This document shows, in pieces, positions 9,826-20,033 of a DNA stretch of 64,000 nt. The notes below the pieces were generated by a model. That model was not told where the DNA came from. It was given only the letters and a program-made list of their open reading frames with translations, and ran no database searches. The stretch lies in NCBI GenBank assembly GCA_048885925.1, contig JBHLLG010000001.1, positions 99,105 through 163,104 on the forward strand. Direction: 5' to 3'. Made by a program: the position numbers and the translations under genes. Source of the stretch: Candidatus Hermodarchaeota archaeon. Its GTDB lineage: Archaea > Asgardarchaeota > Lokiarchaeia > Sigyniarchaeales > SOKP01. Within the stretch, counting starts at the first letter, position 1, and every line of letters begins with the position of its first letter.

Positions 9826-10983
9826 ATGGATTTTTCCTTAACTGAAAAACAAAAAATGTTGAAAAAAATTACAAGAGATTTTGCTGAGGAATATATTGTA
9901 TCTGTAGCGAAGGAAAGTGATGATAAGCAAGAATTAGATCCAACTGCCTTCAAAAAAATGCAAGAAATGAATTATTTTGGTGCTTGTTTACCAGAAGAAT
10001 TTGGAGGAGCAGGGCTTCATAATGATACAATAGGATTTAGTATAGTTGTTGAAGAAATCTCGCGTGCAGATGCAGCCTGGGGAATCACCATTGCTGTTCA
10101 TAATGGCGTCGTAGCTTATCCGATTTATAAATTTGGGACTGAAGAGCAAAAGAAAAGTTATTTAGAAGATTTAGCAAGAGGTAACAAAGTTGGAGCTTTT
10201 TGTTTAACTGAACCAAATGCTGGTTCAGATGCGGGTGGAGTTCAATTAACCGCAATTAAAGATGGAGATGAATATATCTTAAACGGGACAAAAATCTTCG
10301 CAACATCAGGAGGTATAGCTAAAACACTGTTAGTTGTAGCGAAAACGGGAGAAAAAGAAAGTAGAAGAGAACTAACAGTGTTTATTGTAGATGGTAATAG
10401 CCCTGGATATTCAGTTGGAGTAAAAGAAGATAAGTTAGGTGTTAGAGCCTCAAATACTTCAGAACTTGTATTTGAAGATGTTCGAGTACCAGAAGAGAAC
10501 ATTTTGGGAGGGTCTGGAGAAGGTTTTAAAATGGCAATGAAAATTTTAGATTTCGGAAGAATAGGTATTGCTGCTCAATGTGTGGGTCTAGGACAAGCAG
10601 CATTAGAAGCTTCAGTTAAATATTCAAATGAAAGAGTACAGTTTGGACAACCTATAGGGAGGTTTCAGGGCGTACAATGGAAAATAGCTGATATGGCTTG
10701 TGCAGTAGAATCAGCTCGATTATTCACATATAAAGCAGCTTATTTACATGATAAGGGAGAAGATTTTGGAATGGCTAGCTCAATGGCAAAATTAGTTGCC
10801 TCCGAAGCTGCAATGCTGGCTGCCCATGGTGCTGTTCAAATCCATGGAGGATATGGTTTAATGAAAGCATATCCCGTAGAAAGATATTTCCGTGACGCTA
10901 AAATGGGTGAGATCTATGAAGGAACGAGTGAAATCCAAAGATTAGTAATTGCAGGTAACCTTTTACGAAAGGGAGTGCAATAA
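9826..10983 (+). CDS. Acyl-CoA dehydrogenase (butyryl/short-chain type)
   Basis: AFCLTEPNAGSD, GRIGIAAQ, RVQFGQPI, QIHGGYG, EIYEGTSEIQR. Confidence 0.93.
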   Translation: MDFSLTEKQKMLKKITRDFAEEYIVSVAKESDDKQELDPTAFKKMQEMNYFGACLPEEFGGAGLHNDTIGFSIVVEEISRADAAWGITIAVHNGVVAYPIYKFGTEEQKKSYLEDLARGNKVGAFCLTEPNAGSDAGGVQLTAIKDGDEYILNGTKIFATSGGIAKTLLVVAKTGEKESRRELTVFIVDGNSPGYSVGVKEDKLGVRASNTSELVFEDVRVPEENILGGSGEGFKMAMKILDFGRIGIAAQCVGLGQAALEASVKYSNERVQFGQPIGRFQGVQWKIADMACAVESARLFTYKAAYLHDKGEDFGMASSMAKLVASEAAMLAAHGAVQIHGGYGLMKAYPVERYFRDAKMGEIYEGTSEIQRLVIAGNLLRKGVQ

Positions 10984-11132
10984 TGAGAAGACAATTAATA
11001 ATTATAAAATAATTGCATAATTTTCTAATTTTTAATTTTGTTATCGGAAAATTTATTTTTCTAGCATGTTTTATTCGTTTCAAAAGAGATTATTAAATTA
11101 TCGAGTTAAGCTAATGAGGTAGTAATTTCGGA

Positions 11133-11939
11133 TTGAAAATTTTTGTGTGTATTAAACAAGTACCAGGGGTTTCAGAGGTAAAAATTGACCCAAAGACAAA
11201 TACACTTGTAAGAGAAGGTGTTATGTCAATTGTTAATCCAAATGATCGAAATGCTATTGAATTAGCTTTAACGCTTAAAGAAAGTCAAGGAGCAGAAGTT
11301 ATAGCTTTAAGTATGGGACCTCCACAAGCAGAAGAAATATTACGACAAGCTCTAGCAATGGGAGTAGATAAAGCATTTTTATTAAGCGATAAAGCTTTTG
11401 CTGGGGCAGATACTTTAGCTACATCACATACTCTTGCTTTAGCAATTAAAAAAGTATTAAAAGAATCTAATTCTGAAGAGAAATATCTTATAATTTGCGG
11501 TACCCAAGCTATAGATGGAGATACAGGGCAAGTTCCTCCAGAATTAGCAGAAGAATTAGGAATTCCACAAATTACTTATGTTCAACAAATTGAATTAAGT
11601 AAAGATAGAATTATCGTAGAGAGAAAATTTAGAGCAACAGAGATAGTAATTATTGAAACGAAATTACCTGCATTAATTTCAGTTTTACCCGAAATAAATA
11701 AACCTAGATATCCAAGTGTGTCAGGAATTATGAGAGCTTATGAAAAAGCAAATGTGATATATTTAGATTCAAATACTTTAAATGCTGACAAATCAAAAAT
11801 AGGATTACACGGATCGATGACTGAAGTTAAGAAAATTTTTTTCCCTGAAAGAAAGGTAAATCCTATTATGTTAGAAGGGTCCAGTGAAGAAGTAGCTAAA
11901 AAATTATGTCAATATTTAAAAGAAGATAAAATTTTCTAA
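11133..11939 (+). CDS. etfB: Electron transfer flavoprotein beta subunit
   Basis: VCIKQVP, SMGPP, FAGADTLATS, CGTQAIDGDTGQV. Confidence 0.92.
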   Translation: MKIFVCIKQVPGVSEVKIDPKTNTLVREGVMSIVNPNDRNAIELALTLKESQGAEVIALSMGPPQAEEILRQALAMGVDKAFLLSDKAFAGADTLATSHTLALAIKKVLKESNSEEKYLIICGTQAIDGDTGQVPPELAEELGIPQITYVQQIELSKDRIIVERKFRATEIVIIETKLPALISVLPEINKPRYPSVSGIMRAYEKANVIYLDSNTLNADKSKIGLHGSMTEVKKIFFPERKVNPIMLEGSSEEVAKKLCQYLKEDKIF

Positions 11940-11952
11940 GAGGACTATCTAT

Positions 11953-13152
11953 TTGAGCATTAAGATTGATGAAGATTCATGTACTGGTTGCGCTAGTTGT
12001 ATGGAAAGCTGCATGTTTGATGCTATTAAATTAGATAATAATATAGCAAAGGTTCTTCCAAGTTGTACTCTATGTGGAGCATGCATAGAAGCTTGTCCTG
12101 AAGAAGCGATTTCATTGGAACGGGATGATATTAAAGAACATAAAAGAGATATTTCTCAATTTAAAGGAGTCTGGGTAGTCGCAGAGCATTATAAAAATAA
12201 AATTCAAAACGTATCATTTCAACTACTTAGTAAAGGAAGAGAATTAGCAGATCTATTGCAAGTAAATTTATCTTTTATTATTCTAGGAGCAGATTTCGAT
12301 GATAAATTAAAAGAATTTAGCCAATACGGGATGGATGAGACCATCTACATTAAATCCCCGATTTTGAAAGATTATTATTCAGATTTATATACAAAAATAA
12401 TTACAGAATTAGTATTAGAAAATAAACCTGAAATTATATTAATTGGAGCGACCCCTACTGGAAGAGATTTTGCTCCAAGAGTGGCAAAAAGACTGAATGC
12501 AGGGTTAACAGCAGACTGTACAGGATTAGAGATAAATAATGAAACTAGAGATCTACTTCAGACTCGTCCAACATATGGTGGAACGATTATGGCAACTATT
12601 AGAACTCCTTCTAGTAGACCACAAATGGCAACTGTAAGAGCTGGTATTTTTAAAATGCCCGAGAAAGTAAAAAAGAATGTAGACATTAGGATACTTGATT
12701 ATGAGTTTAAAGAAAAAGATTCTGTCTCAAAAATTGTAAAAGTGATAAGCAAAACTAAGAATAGTGTAAATCTTGAGGATGCTAAAATTATTGTTGCGGG
12801 AGGTCGTGGTGTTGGTTCAAGAGAAAAATTTCGGATTATTGAAGAATTAGCTGAAGTATTAGAAGCTGAACTTGGAGGATCAAGAATAACTGTTGAATTA
12901 AATTGGTTGGATCCAGACCGACAAATAGGCCAAACGGGTAAAACTGTAGCTCCAAAATTATATATCGCATGTGGAATTTCAGGTGCGATTCAGCATATAG
13001 TTGGAATGCAAAATTCAGAAATTATAGTTGCAATTAATAAAGACCCGAATGCTCCAATCTTTAACTGGGCTCATTATGGTATTGTTGGAGATCTTCATGA
13101 AATAGTTCCAGAACTTATTCAAGAATTTAAAAAACTAAAATCTGAAGAATAG
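11953..13152 (+). CDS. etfA: ETF alpha subunit with N-terminal 2[4Fe-4S] ferredoxin domain
   Basis: CTGCASCMESC and CTLCGACIEAC; GLTADCT, TRPTYGG, QIGQTGK, ACGISGAIQH. Confidence 0.92.
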   Translation: MSIKIDEDSCTGCASCMESCMFDAIKLDNNIAKVLPSCTLCGACIEACPEEAISLERDDIKEHKRDISQFKGVWVVAEHYKNKIQNVSFQLLSKGRELADLLQVNLSFIILGADFDDKLKEFSQYGMDETIYIKSPILKDYYSDLYTKIITELVLENKPEIILIGATPTGRDFAPRVAKRLNAGLTADCTGLEINNETRDLLQTRPTYGGTIMATIRTPSSRPQMATVRAGIFKMPEKVKKNVDIRILDYEFKEKDSVSKIVKVISKTKNSVNLEDAKIIVAGGRGVGSREKFRIIEELAEVLEAELGGSRITVELNWLDPDRQIGQTGKTVAPKLYIACGISGAIQHIVGMQNSEIIVAINKDPNAPIFNWAHYGIVGDLHEIVPELIQEFKKLKSEE

Positions 13153-13252
13153 CTTGATAATGGGAAATTAATATAACTAATTTTTTACTTTTTTAACATT
13201 TAACCTAATTATTTTTAACTTAGAACATTAAAACTCCATGAGAGTGATAGGT

Positions 13253-13400
13253 TAAAAAAGATAAGGAGTAATGGAATGTTATTTTAGTATTATTCGTGGA
13301 GGAATAAATTATGGGCTAAAAACAAACATTCCACTACCAGAAAAAAAATAATTTTTTTTCCTAATATGCATCTAGTCACCCCTCCTAATAAATCTTATCT
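13253..13400 (-). ncRNA. Candidate structured RNA/leader with 20-codon ORF and long hairpin
   Basis: 14-bp stem 13267-13280/13325-13338 (complete with G-U only on the minus strand) plus two inner 6-bp helices; GGAGGGGTGA SD at 13376-13385; ORF 13371-13309; U-run after the hairpin. Confidence 0.35.
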
Positions 13401-13890
13401 CAAATTTAATGAACGTTCTATTCTATTATTGCGTGAATTGTATTGCTATGGTATAATTATGCGTTTATAAATTTATTATTTCTCTCATACATCCTTATTT
13501 TAAAAATAAAAGTGAAAAGAATTCATAAACTTAATTTAAAAAAAAAAATTTTCTCTAATTTCATGTGAAAAAAATTAATTAGTTTAAAAACTATCATCCG
13601 AATTTTATAACAAAGTTTTGATCAACATACTTTTCATAAAAATGATTGTGGATTTTATTAAGATCTTAATAAGAGCAAAATATTAATATGAAGGTTGAGT
13701 TGTTAAATGCTTAAAGATTTAATACCCGTTTTATTACTTTATTTACATTTTATTATTAATGATTATTTAGAGAAAGGTATTTAAAATAATAGTATAAATG
13801 TTTGAAAATTTTTACTTTAAAATAGACAGTATATTATAAAGGCGATATTATTAAGAAATTAATTAAAAAAAAAAGATTAGTTATTTGAAT

Positions 13891-16800
13891 TTATGTAGGA
13901 CGTTTTGTTAAAATTTTACCTTTCTTCTTTAAAACATATATAACAACAACAGCTCCGGCCGCTGCTGGGATGCCAATTACTAAAGCAAGTACTAATGCGG
14001 GATCTAGTGGTGGAGTATATGATGCTTTCACATCACTAGTTGTCAATGGAACAGTATTATATTGACTTAGAGAGAGATAAAAAGTGACATTTTCTTCAGA
14101 TGACAATACTTCAAATAGTAATATAAAGGAATCAGAGAAAACTCCAAATTCAAAAGTTCTATTAGTATTAACAGTTGTTGCTATAGTATTCCATTCAGCA
14201 TTAGGTCCAGCATTACCAATCCAAGGAAGATCTTGAAGTATGTAAAGTTCGTAATCTCCTGTGCCTAAACCTTCTACGGTAGCAACTAATTGTGTCCATT
14301 GATAGGGTTCACCAGAACATTCAAGAACAAAATAACTTTCGCCACCACCATAGGGAAGAGTACTTTCAGTATGGTTATATGTTGTGGTTAAATTGTAAGT
14401 ATAAACCGTACCAGTAATATTAGAATATCCCGATAATGTATAGTTTGTAATATCTCGTGCATGAAGAATTGGAGTCTGGACTCCGATATCATAAGTTTCG
14501 TGGTGGGCGTAATCCCAATAATTTTCAACAGCTAATCGAACACTTACCACACCTGAGTATGTCCACATTTCAGGAATAATCAAGAGTTTATAAGTTCCAG
14601 CTTCAAAACCAATAGTCATTGGATCAGTACCCCTAATAATAGATGATACTCTACTATCATACTCAGGATAATAATCATCCAAACTGATTACTAAATTTGT
14701 AATATCAGCTGGTTGAGTTATACCAGATGGACCCCAATAATTATCAAATTCATATCCAGATTCTCCAATAAGGAAATATTGTAAGTTTCCCTTAACTGTA
14801 GCATTTAATAACGTTAGTTCTTGTAATACAGGTACAGTTGCATAATTTCCAGTGCAATCTAGTCTCATCCAGAAATAATCTGTTTCTGTTATATTTGGAT
14901 CTATATCTAGACCTCCAGTTCCCCTTATCCATTGATTAAAATCGACATCTCCTAAATTAAATTCAATTGTACCATCTGCTGTAAGTTCGCTTGTACCATC
15001 GTTAGTTTCTGATAATACTGCCCATCCTCCATCGTATATGTAACAAGCCATAGTTCCACCAGCTCCGAGAACTGAAAAATCGAATGTCATACCAGTCCAT
15101 ATAGTTGGGGCTCCTATATAAAAGAAATCGCTTGTTGTAGAATCACCATCTAATGAAAAAACAGGTTGAGGGTAACCAAAACTATAATATTCTGAATCTG
15201 TTCCATTATATGTATAGAGATATGTAGGAGAGATTGTAGCAGTTGCTCCAGAATTATTTGCGAGTAACATGGTGGTATTTAATCTAAATTGGCCAATATC
15301 TGGAATTTCTATGTTAAGTCCTATGGGATCTTTTAGACCACCGAATTCAGAATCAGGTTGTAAATTAATAGTGGCAAATTCTGAGGGATAATCTGAAGGA
15401 TAGGTCATTGTATTAATCGGTATTGAATCTTCAGATAAATCATATACTTGCGAACTGATTTTAAAAAGTCCATTTGCTGATGGATTCATGTTTATGATGA
15501 AAGCTTTATATGTTCCTGCAGGCATGTAATGCCAATAGAAATTTGTTGAATCTACAGTTCTTGTCAAGATGGCAATATTAAGAGCACCATATGTAATTTC
15601 TTTTGAATCTCTATAAATAAAACCAATTAAAGCTGGCGCTCCAAGAGGGCTAGGCAAACTAGTATAATTAAAACGTACAATCGAATCTTCTTTAACTGAA
15701 AACTGTACTGTTGTTGGTTCATCCATATAAATACTAAATGTTGTGGTATCGCCTAATTCATATTTATAATTATTAGCCTTTCTTAAGAGTAATGAATATC
15801 TATACCAATCTTCAAACACGACGTCTGTAAAGGAAACATAAGCAGCACCAGTTTTAGGAAAATATACCACACGAGATCCTTCACCAACATCATGATCAAG
15901 AAGGTAACCATTTGCGCCTGGAACCCAGATGTCTATTGTTGGAAGAGATCCCGTTGAAAAATCTTCAAAAATATCTAATACAAATAATTCTCCTTTTTTC
16001 CCTGTAATTTTAAACCAATTTGATTGCCACATAGCAGTTTTAGATATATCAAGAGTTGCAAAATCATCAAAATTTGCTGCAAATTTTGCTGTATTTAAAG
16101 GTAAGGAAGAAATATCAATGTCTAAAAATTCTAAGTTTAAAGAGGCGGGATCAGAAGCACTTGTTACTTCGATAATTAGGCGATAAGCACCTACTTCACT
16201 TGCGGAAAAAATCAGATATTCATAAAGTACATTAATTCCCATAAAATTTGCGTCTTCAATATAATAATGCATGCCATCCTCAAGAAGCTTTCCTGAAGGA
16301 GATGCTAATAAATAATCATAATTAACAAAACCAGGTGTTAACCAATCTATTTTTAAGACCTTTGGACCTGTGCTTTTAACAATTAGATCAATCTGCATAG
16401 GCTGATCAAAATTGAACGGTTTAGTAAAAACTCCACCTTCTCCCATTGCATAATAATCAAAGACAGTACTTACAGTAAAAGGTGATAGAATCTCAGCTTC
16501 AGCGTTATAAGCAGAAATATTTAACCATCTAACTTCATTCCAAGGGTCAATATCATCAGTAGATGACTCACTCTCTGTCAAATAACCATCTAAATCTGTT
16601 GGATAATATAAAGAAATATCTTCACCAGGAAAACTAACTATTTCTTCTGCGACAGTACTAGTTCCTAACCAATTGGTTACTGTGAATTTACCTTGATTTG
16701 TTCCATCAACATATAAAGCACCCTTTGTATTAGGAGATGGAATTATTGCTCCATAACCTTCAGGACCTAGAGGATCTTCTTTATTAAGATTAAAAACAGC

Positions 16801-16947
16801 ATCTTCTTCTATAGCTGTTGCTAATCCGTTAGTTAGAGTAAAAGTATTTAGTAAAAAGAAGAAAGATATCGCTAAAATTACGACTAACTTTCTGTTTTTC
16901 ATCAACGATTTCATATTTAATCGTATATTTTTTTTTAGATTGATCAA
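13891..16947 (-). CDS. Large secreted, C-terminally membrane-anchored surface glycoprotein (S-layer/adhesin-like)
   Basis: Basic+hydrophobic signal peptide (KNRKLVVILAISFFFLL), T/S/D/Y-rich beta-type body with many N-x-S/T sequons, C-terminal TM plus KKKGK tail; true start likely ATG 16914 or 16902. Confidence 0.78.
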   Translation of the reverse strand: MINLKKNIRLNMKSLMKNRKLVVILAISFFFLLNTFTLTNGLATAIEEDAVFNLNKEDPLGPEGYGAIIPSPNTKGALYVDGTNQGKFTVTNWLGTSTVAEEIVSFPGEDISLYYPTDLDGYLTESESSTDDIDPWNEVRWLNISAYNAEAEILSPFTVSTVFDYYAMGEGGVFTKPFNFDQPMQIDLIVKSTGPKVLKIDWLTPGFVNYDYLLASPSGKLLEDGMHYYIEDANFMGINVLYEYLIFSASEVGAYRLIIEVTSASDPASLNLEFLDIDISSLPLNTAKFAANFDDFATLDISKTAMWQSNWFKITGKKGELFVLDIFEDFSTGSLPTIDIWVPGANGYLLDHDVGEGSRVVYFPKTGAAYVSFTDVVFEDWYRYSLLLRKANNYKYELGDTTTFSIYMDEPTTVQFSVKEDSIVRFNYTSLPSPLGAPALIGFIYRDSKEITYGALNIAILTRTVDSTNFYWHYMPAGTYKAFIINMNPSANGLFKISSQVYDLSEDSIPINTMTYPSDYPSEFATINLQPDSEFGGLKDPIGLNIEIPDIGQFRLNTTMLLANNSGATATISPTYLYTYNGTDSEYYSFGYPQPVFSLDGDSTTSDFFYIGAPTIWTGMTFDFSVLGAGGTMACYIYDGGWAVLSETNDGTSELTADGTIEFNLGDVDFNQWIRGTGGLDIDPNITETDYFWMRLDCTGNYATVPVLQELTLLNATVKGNLQYFLIGESGYEFDNYWGPSGITQPADITNLVISLDDYYPEYDSRVSSIIRGTDPMTIGFEAGTYKLLIIPEMWTYSGVVSVRLAVENYWDYAHHETYDIGVQTPILHARDITNYTLSGYSNITGTVYTYNLTTTYNHTESTLPYGGGESYFVLECSGEPYQWTQLVATVEGLGTGDYELYILQDLPWIGNAGPNAEWNTIATTVNTNRTFEFGVFSDSFILLFEVLSSEENVTFYLSLSQYNTVPLTTSDVKASYTPPLDPALVLALVIGIPAAAGAVVVIYVLKKKGKILTKRPT

Positions 16948-17167
16948 AAAAAATTGATCTGTAAGCTAATAATGAGTAATTTATATATTTAAATCAACGT
17001 GTACAAATATCCGTATATTAATAATCGTTTATCCTAAACAATTGCAGAATAGAAAATTTAAAAATATCATCGATCAATAATATCACTTAAATTTATTAAT
17101 TAAATGAACTGTTGTTATATTATCAAATCTGTTTGAAATCTATTTAAAAAAAGTGATATGATTTATA

Positions 17168-17686
17168 ATGTCAAGTAAGGAATCAGAAAAAAAACATTAT
17201 GTACCATTTATTGGGCGTCTTGAAGATTATGTTGGTCGATCACCTTTGGATTTCTATAGTTGGGGCCACATTGCCTTTGGAATTGCTGCTTTCTCTATTT
17301 TTTCATTAATTATAACTCTCTGGGAACTTTTTATTGGACCTGCTACTATGCCATGGTTTTATATTTTGATTTTTGTTCTCGTTGTTGGTGTTGGATGGGA
17401 ACTAATTGAAAATACCATTATTTGGAAGTTAGGATTAAAATATGAAAATAGGAAGGATTCTCTTATTAATGCATTATTCGATATTATCTTCGTTGTTGGG
17501 GGTGGTTCGGCAACATGGCTAATGAAATGGATAATTATGGATGTTATGGGTCATCTTGGTAGATGGTTTTATTTATCAGCATTAATTCTATTTTGTCTTG
17601 TTTTAATCGCTTATTTAATTGGATTCTATATTACAAATGAAAACACAAAAAAAGCAAGAAAAGAGCTTGGTAGTGTTATTAGTTAG
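17168..17686 (+). CDS. Integral membrane hypothetical protein
   Basis: About 4 TM helices with intramembrane H...WELIEN...D polar residues. Confidence 0.7.
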   Translation: MSSKESEKKHYVPFIGRLEDYVGRSPLDFYSWGHIAFGIAAFSIFSLIITLWELFIGPATMPWFYILIFVLVVGVGWELIENTIIWKLGLKYENRKDSLINALFDIIFVVGGGSATWLMKWIIMDVMGHLGRWFYLSALILFCLVLIAYLIGFYITNENTKKARKELGSVIS

Positions 17687-17730
17687 AATTTATTAAGAAA
17701 TCTTAAACTTCTAATTTTTTTTATCATTTA

Positions 17731-18522
17731 TCAATTACTCTTTAAATCATAACTTTCTAATGCAAATAAAGCAGCTCCTATCGCTCCGATTAGTTGTGGA
17801 TAAGGTGGTATTAAAATTTCTCCATTAATTTCCTTTTGTAAAATTTCACTAATAATACTATTATAAGCAATAAGTCCTCCCGTTAAAACAATTGTACCAT
17901 CTAATTCTGTCATTTCGATTATTCTCTTTATAACAGACCCAAAAGCACTCTTTATTAAATCTTCAACTTTTTCTCCCTCTTTTATTCGAGTAAGAATTTC
18001 AGTTTTAGCAAAAACAGTACAAAAGCTTGCAAGAGGAATATTTGAAGTGGATCTAGCTGCTAAAGTATTTAGTTCTAAAAGTGGGATATCTAGTTTATAT
18101 GCAATTTCCTCGATAAAGGCACCTGTACCCGCAGCACATTTTCTATTCATTTTAAACCGAATAATTTTGCCAGCTTCATCCAGCTTAATAACCTTTGTAT
18201 CTTGTCCTCCAATATCGATAACTGTAATTTTCTTTGGAAAGAAATGATATGCACCTTTAGCATGACAGCTAATTTCAGTTTTATCCATATCAGCAAAATT
18301 TACTTTATTCTTTCCATACCCCGTAGCTGTAATATGCTTTATATCAGTCTGCGGTATTGATGCATCTAATAGTACTTTTTCAAAAACAGTTTTACTTGAA
18401 TCCTCAATAGAAACTCCAGTACGCTTAACAAATGAACTAATTATCTCCATTGTATCGTTAATAAGAACTGATTTTACATAGGAAGTACCAACATCAATCC
18501 CAACAAAATATAAATTAGCCAT
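17731..18522 (-). CDS. ATP-dependent activator (ASKHA [4Fe-4S] activase, HgdC/HadI/BadFG family)
   Basis: GIDVGTS, TATGYG, EISCHAKG, IDIGGQDTK, MNRKCAAGTG, CTVFA. Confidence 0.92.
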   Translation of the reverse strand: MANLYFVGIDVGTSYVKSVLINDTMEIISSFVKRTGVSIEDSSKTVFEKVLLDASIPQTDIKHITATGYGKNKVNFADMDKTEISCHAKGAYHFFPKKITVIDIGGQDTKVIKLDEAGKIIRFKMNRKCAAGTGAFIEEIAYKLDIPLLELNTLAARSTSNIPLASFCTVFAKTEILTRIKEGEKVEDLIKSAFGSVIKRIIEMTELDGTIVLTGGLIAYNSIISEILQKEINGEILIPPYPQLIGAIGAALFALESYDLKSN

Positions 18523-18547
18523 AATTGAATAGAAATCTTAACCTAAA

Positions 18548-19495
18548 TTAATCACGATTAATTGGAGGTAATTCACATCCTTTAATTAATGAAACAAATA
18601 TTTTATTATATGGTGTTGGAATCCCCTCGATTTTCCCATATTCTACAATTTTTCCATTGAGAAATCCTATTTCTGAAGGATTTCCAGCATTAATATCTGC
18701 TTCCATTGAAACTCTATGGTGTCCTGCTTTATCCAAATAATTCATACATTTATCTAAAAAGTCCGGTTCGAACTTAAGACCTCGAGCTCGAGCAACTTCT
18801 ATTCCCTCACGTAGTATTTCTCTGCAAATTTCTCTCGTTTCTGGAAATTCCATTGTTTGTTTCATAGTTGTACGGGTAGTAACACAGACAGGACTTATAG
18901 TGTTAAGTATACATTTTGTCCATTCATACTTTTTGATATCCTGAGTAAAAATAGTTTCTAAATCAGATGAATTTATAATATCTGCTAATTTTTTGGCTTT
19001 TTCTTCAGCGTTGGTTGTTAAGACGCCTAAATAATTGGGAGGATTGAAAAATGACATACGAATTACTCCATCCTCTATAATATTTCCCGCATAGTTAACT
19101 ACAATACGTAAAGAATTTTCTTCGCCCACAAATTCTGCAATAAGTTCCTCTGTATCAAAACCATTCTGCAGACTAATTAAAGTTGTGTTTGGCTTCGCTA
19201 TTTTTTTAAGTTGTGGTAATATTTTTTCAAGATGTGATGCTTTTACAGCGATAAATATAGTGTTTAAATTTTTATTTTCCAATTCATCTATAGAATAACA
19301 TATATTCTCATTTGGAAATTTTACATTGAAATTCTTGAGGTGGGTTAAGGTTAACCCTTTCTTTTTTATTTTATCCATGCGACTCTTATTAATATCAACA
19401 AGAACCACATTGTGTTTTGCTTTAGCAAGATGAGACGCTAAAATCCCACCAGTTGGACCAATACCAATAATGCCAATTCTAAATTCTTCACTCAT
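18548..19495 (-). CDS. panE: Ketopantoate reductase family 2-oxoacid reductase
   Basis: GIIGIGPTGG, IAVKA, SLQNG, WTKCILN, SMEAD, SEIGFLNG, IPTPYN. Confidence 0.85.
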   Translation of the reverse strand: MSEEFRIGIIGIGPTGGILASHLAKAKHNVVLVDINKSRMDKIKKKGLTLTHLKNFNVKFPNENICYSIDELENKNLNTIFIAVKASHLEKILPQLKKIAKPNTTLISLQNGFDTEELIAEFVGEENSLRIVVNYAGNIIEDGVIRMSFFNPPNYLGVLTTNAEEKAKKLADIINSSDLETIFTQDIKKYEWTKCILNTISPVCVTTRTTMKQTMEFPETREICREILREGIEVARARGLKFEPDFLDKCMNYLDKAGHHRVSMEADINAGNPSEIGFLNGKIVEYGKIEGIPTPYNKIFVSLIKGCELPPINRD

Positions 19496-19528
19496 ATTGA
19501 ATTCTCTTTAATTATTTATAAAAAGTAT

Positions 19529-20017
19529 TTAAATTGATACCTCTAATAGTTTTTTCATTAATTCTGATAGTTTTTCTGCTGCAATTCGCCTTTTTTTAAG
19601 ATTAATTGTATTTGCATCAAGAAATTGAAGTGCCCCAGGAATGCAAAATTTGACACACAATGGGTCACCCTCACAAAGATCGCATTTTAAAATTTTTCTA
19701 TTCTTATCAATTCCTATTCCGCCAAGCGGACAAAACATTACACAAAGTTTACACCCTACACATAAATCTTTATCGATAAGAACTGCGCCTGTCTTCTCAT
19801 CTCTACTCACAGCACCCATAGGACATACTATCTCACAGATAGGAGTTTCACAATGTTGACAGATCATTGGTACGTATAAACCAGCGTTTTCCCATTTCAC
19901 AATATGAATTCTTGCTCGGGAAGGATTGCTAACTTTTTCATGAAAAAGAGAACATGCATTTTCACATAACCTGCAGCCTGTACATTTTTCTGGATCAACA
20001 AATAATAATTTTTGCAT
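19529..20017 (-). CDS. 4x[4Fe-4S] ferredoxin-like subunit (DmsB/AorA type)
   Basis: CTGCRLCENAC, CQHCETPICEIVC, CVGCKLCVMFC, KCDLC...CVKFC. Confidence 0.9.
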   Translation of the reverse strand: MQKLLFVDPEKCTGCRLCENACSLFHEKVSNPSRARIHIVKWENAGLYVPMICQHCETPICEIVCPMGAVSRDEKTGAVLIDKDLCVGCKLCVMFCPLGGIGIDKNRKILKCDLCEGDPLCVKFCIPGALQFLDANTINLKKRRIAAEKLSELMKKLLEVSI

Positions 20018-20033
20018 TTGATATCTCCCGATT

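Noticed and set aside
13271-13351. Plus-strand 26-codon ORF (MECYFSIIRGG...)
   Set aside because: SD spacing is only 2 nt, and the G-U pairing favours the minus strand as the functional one
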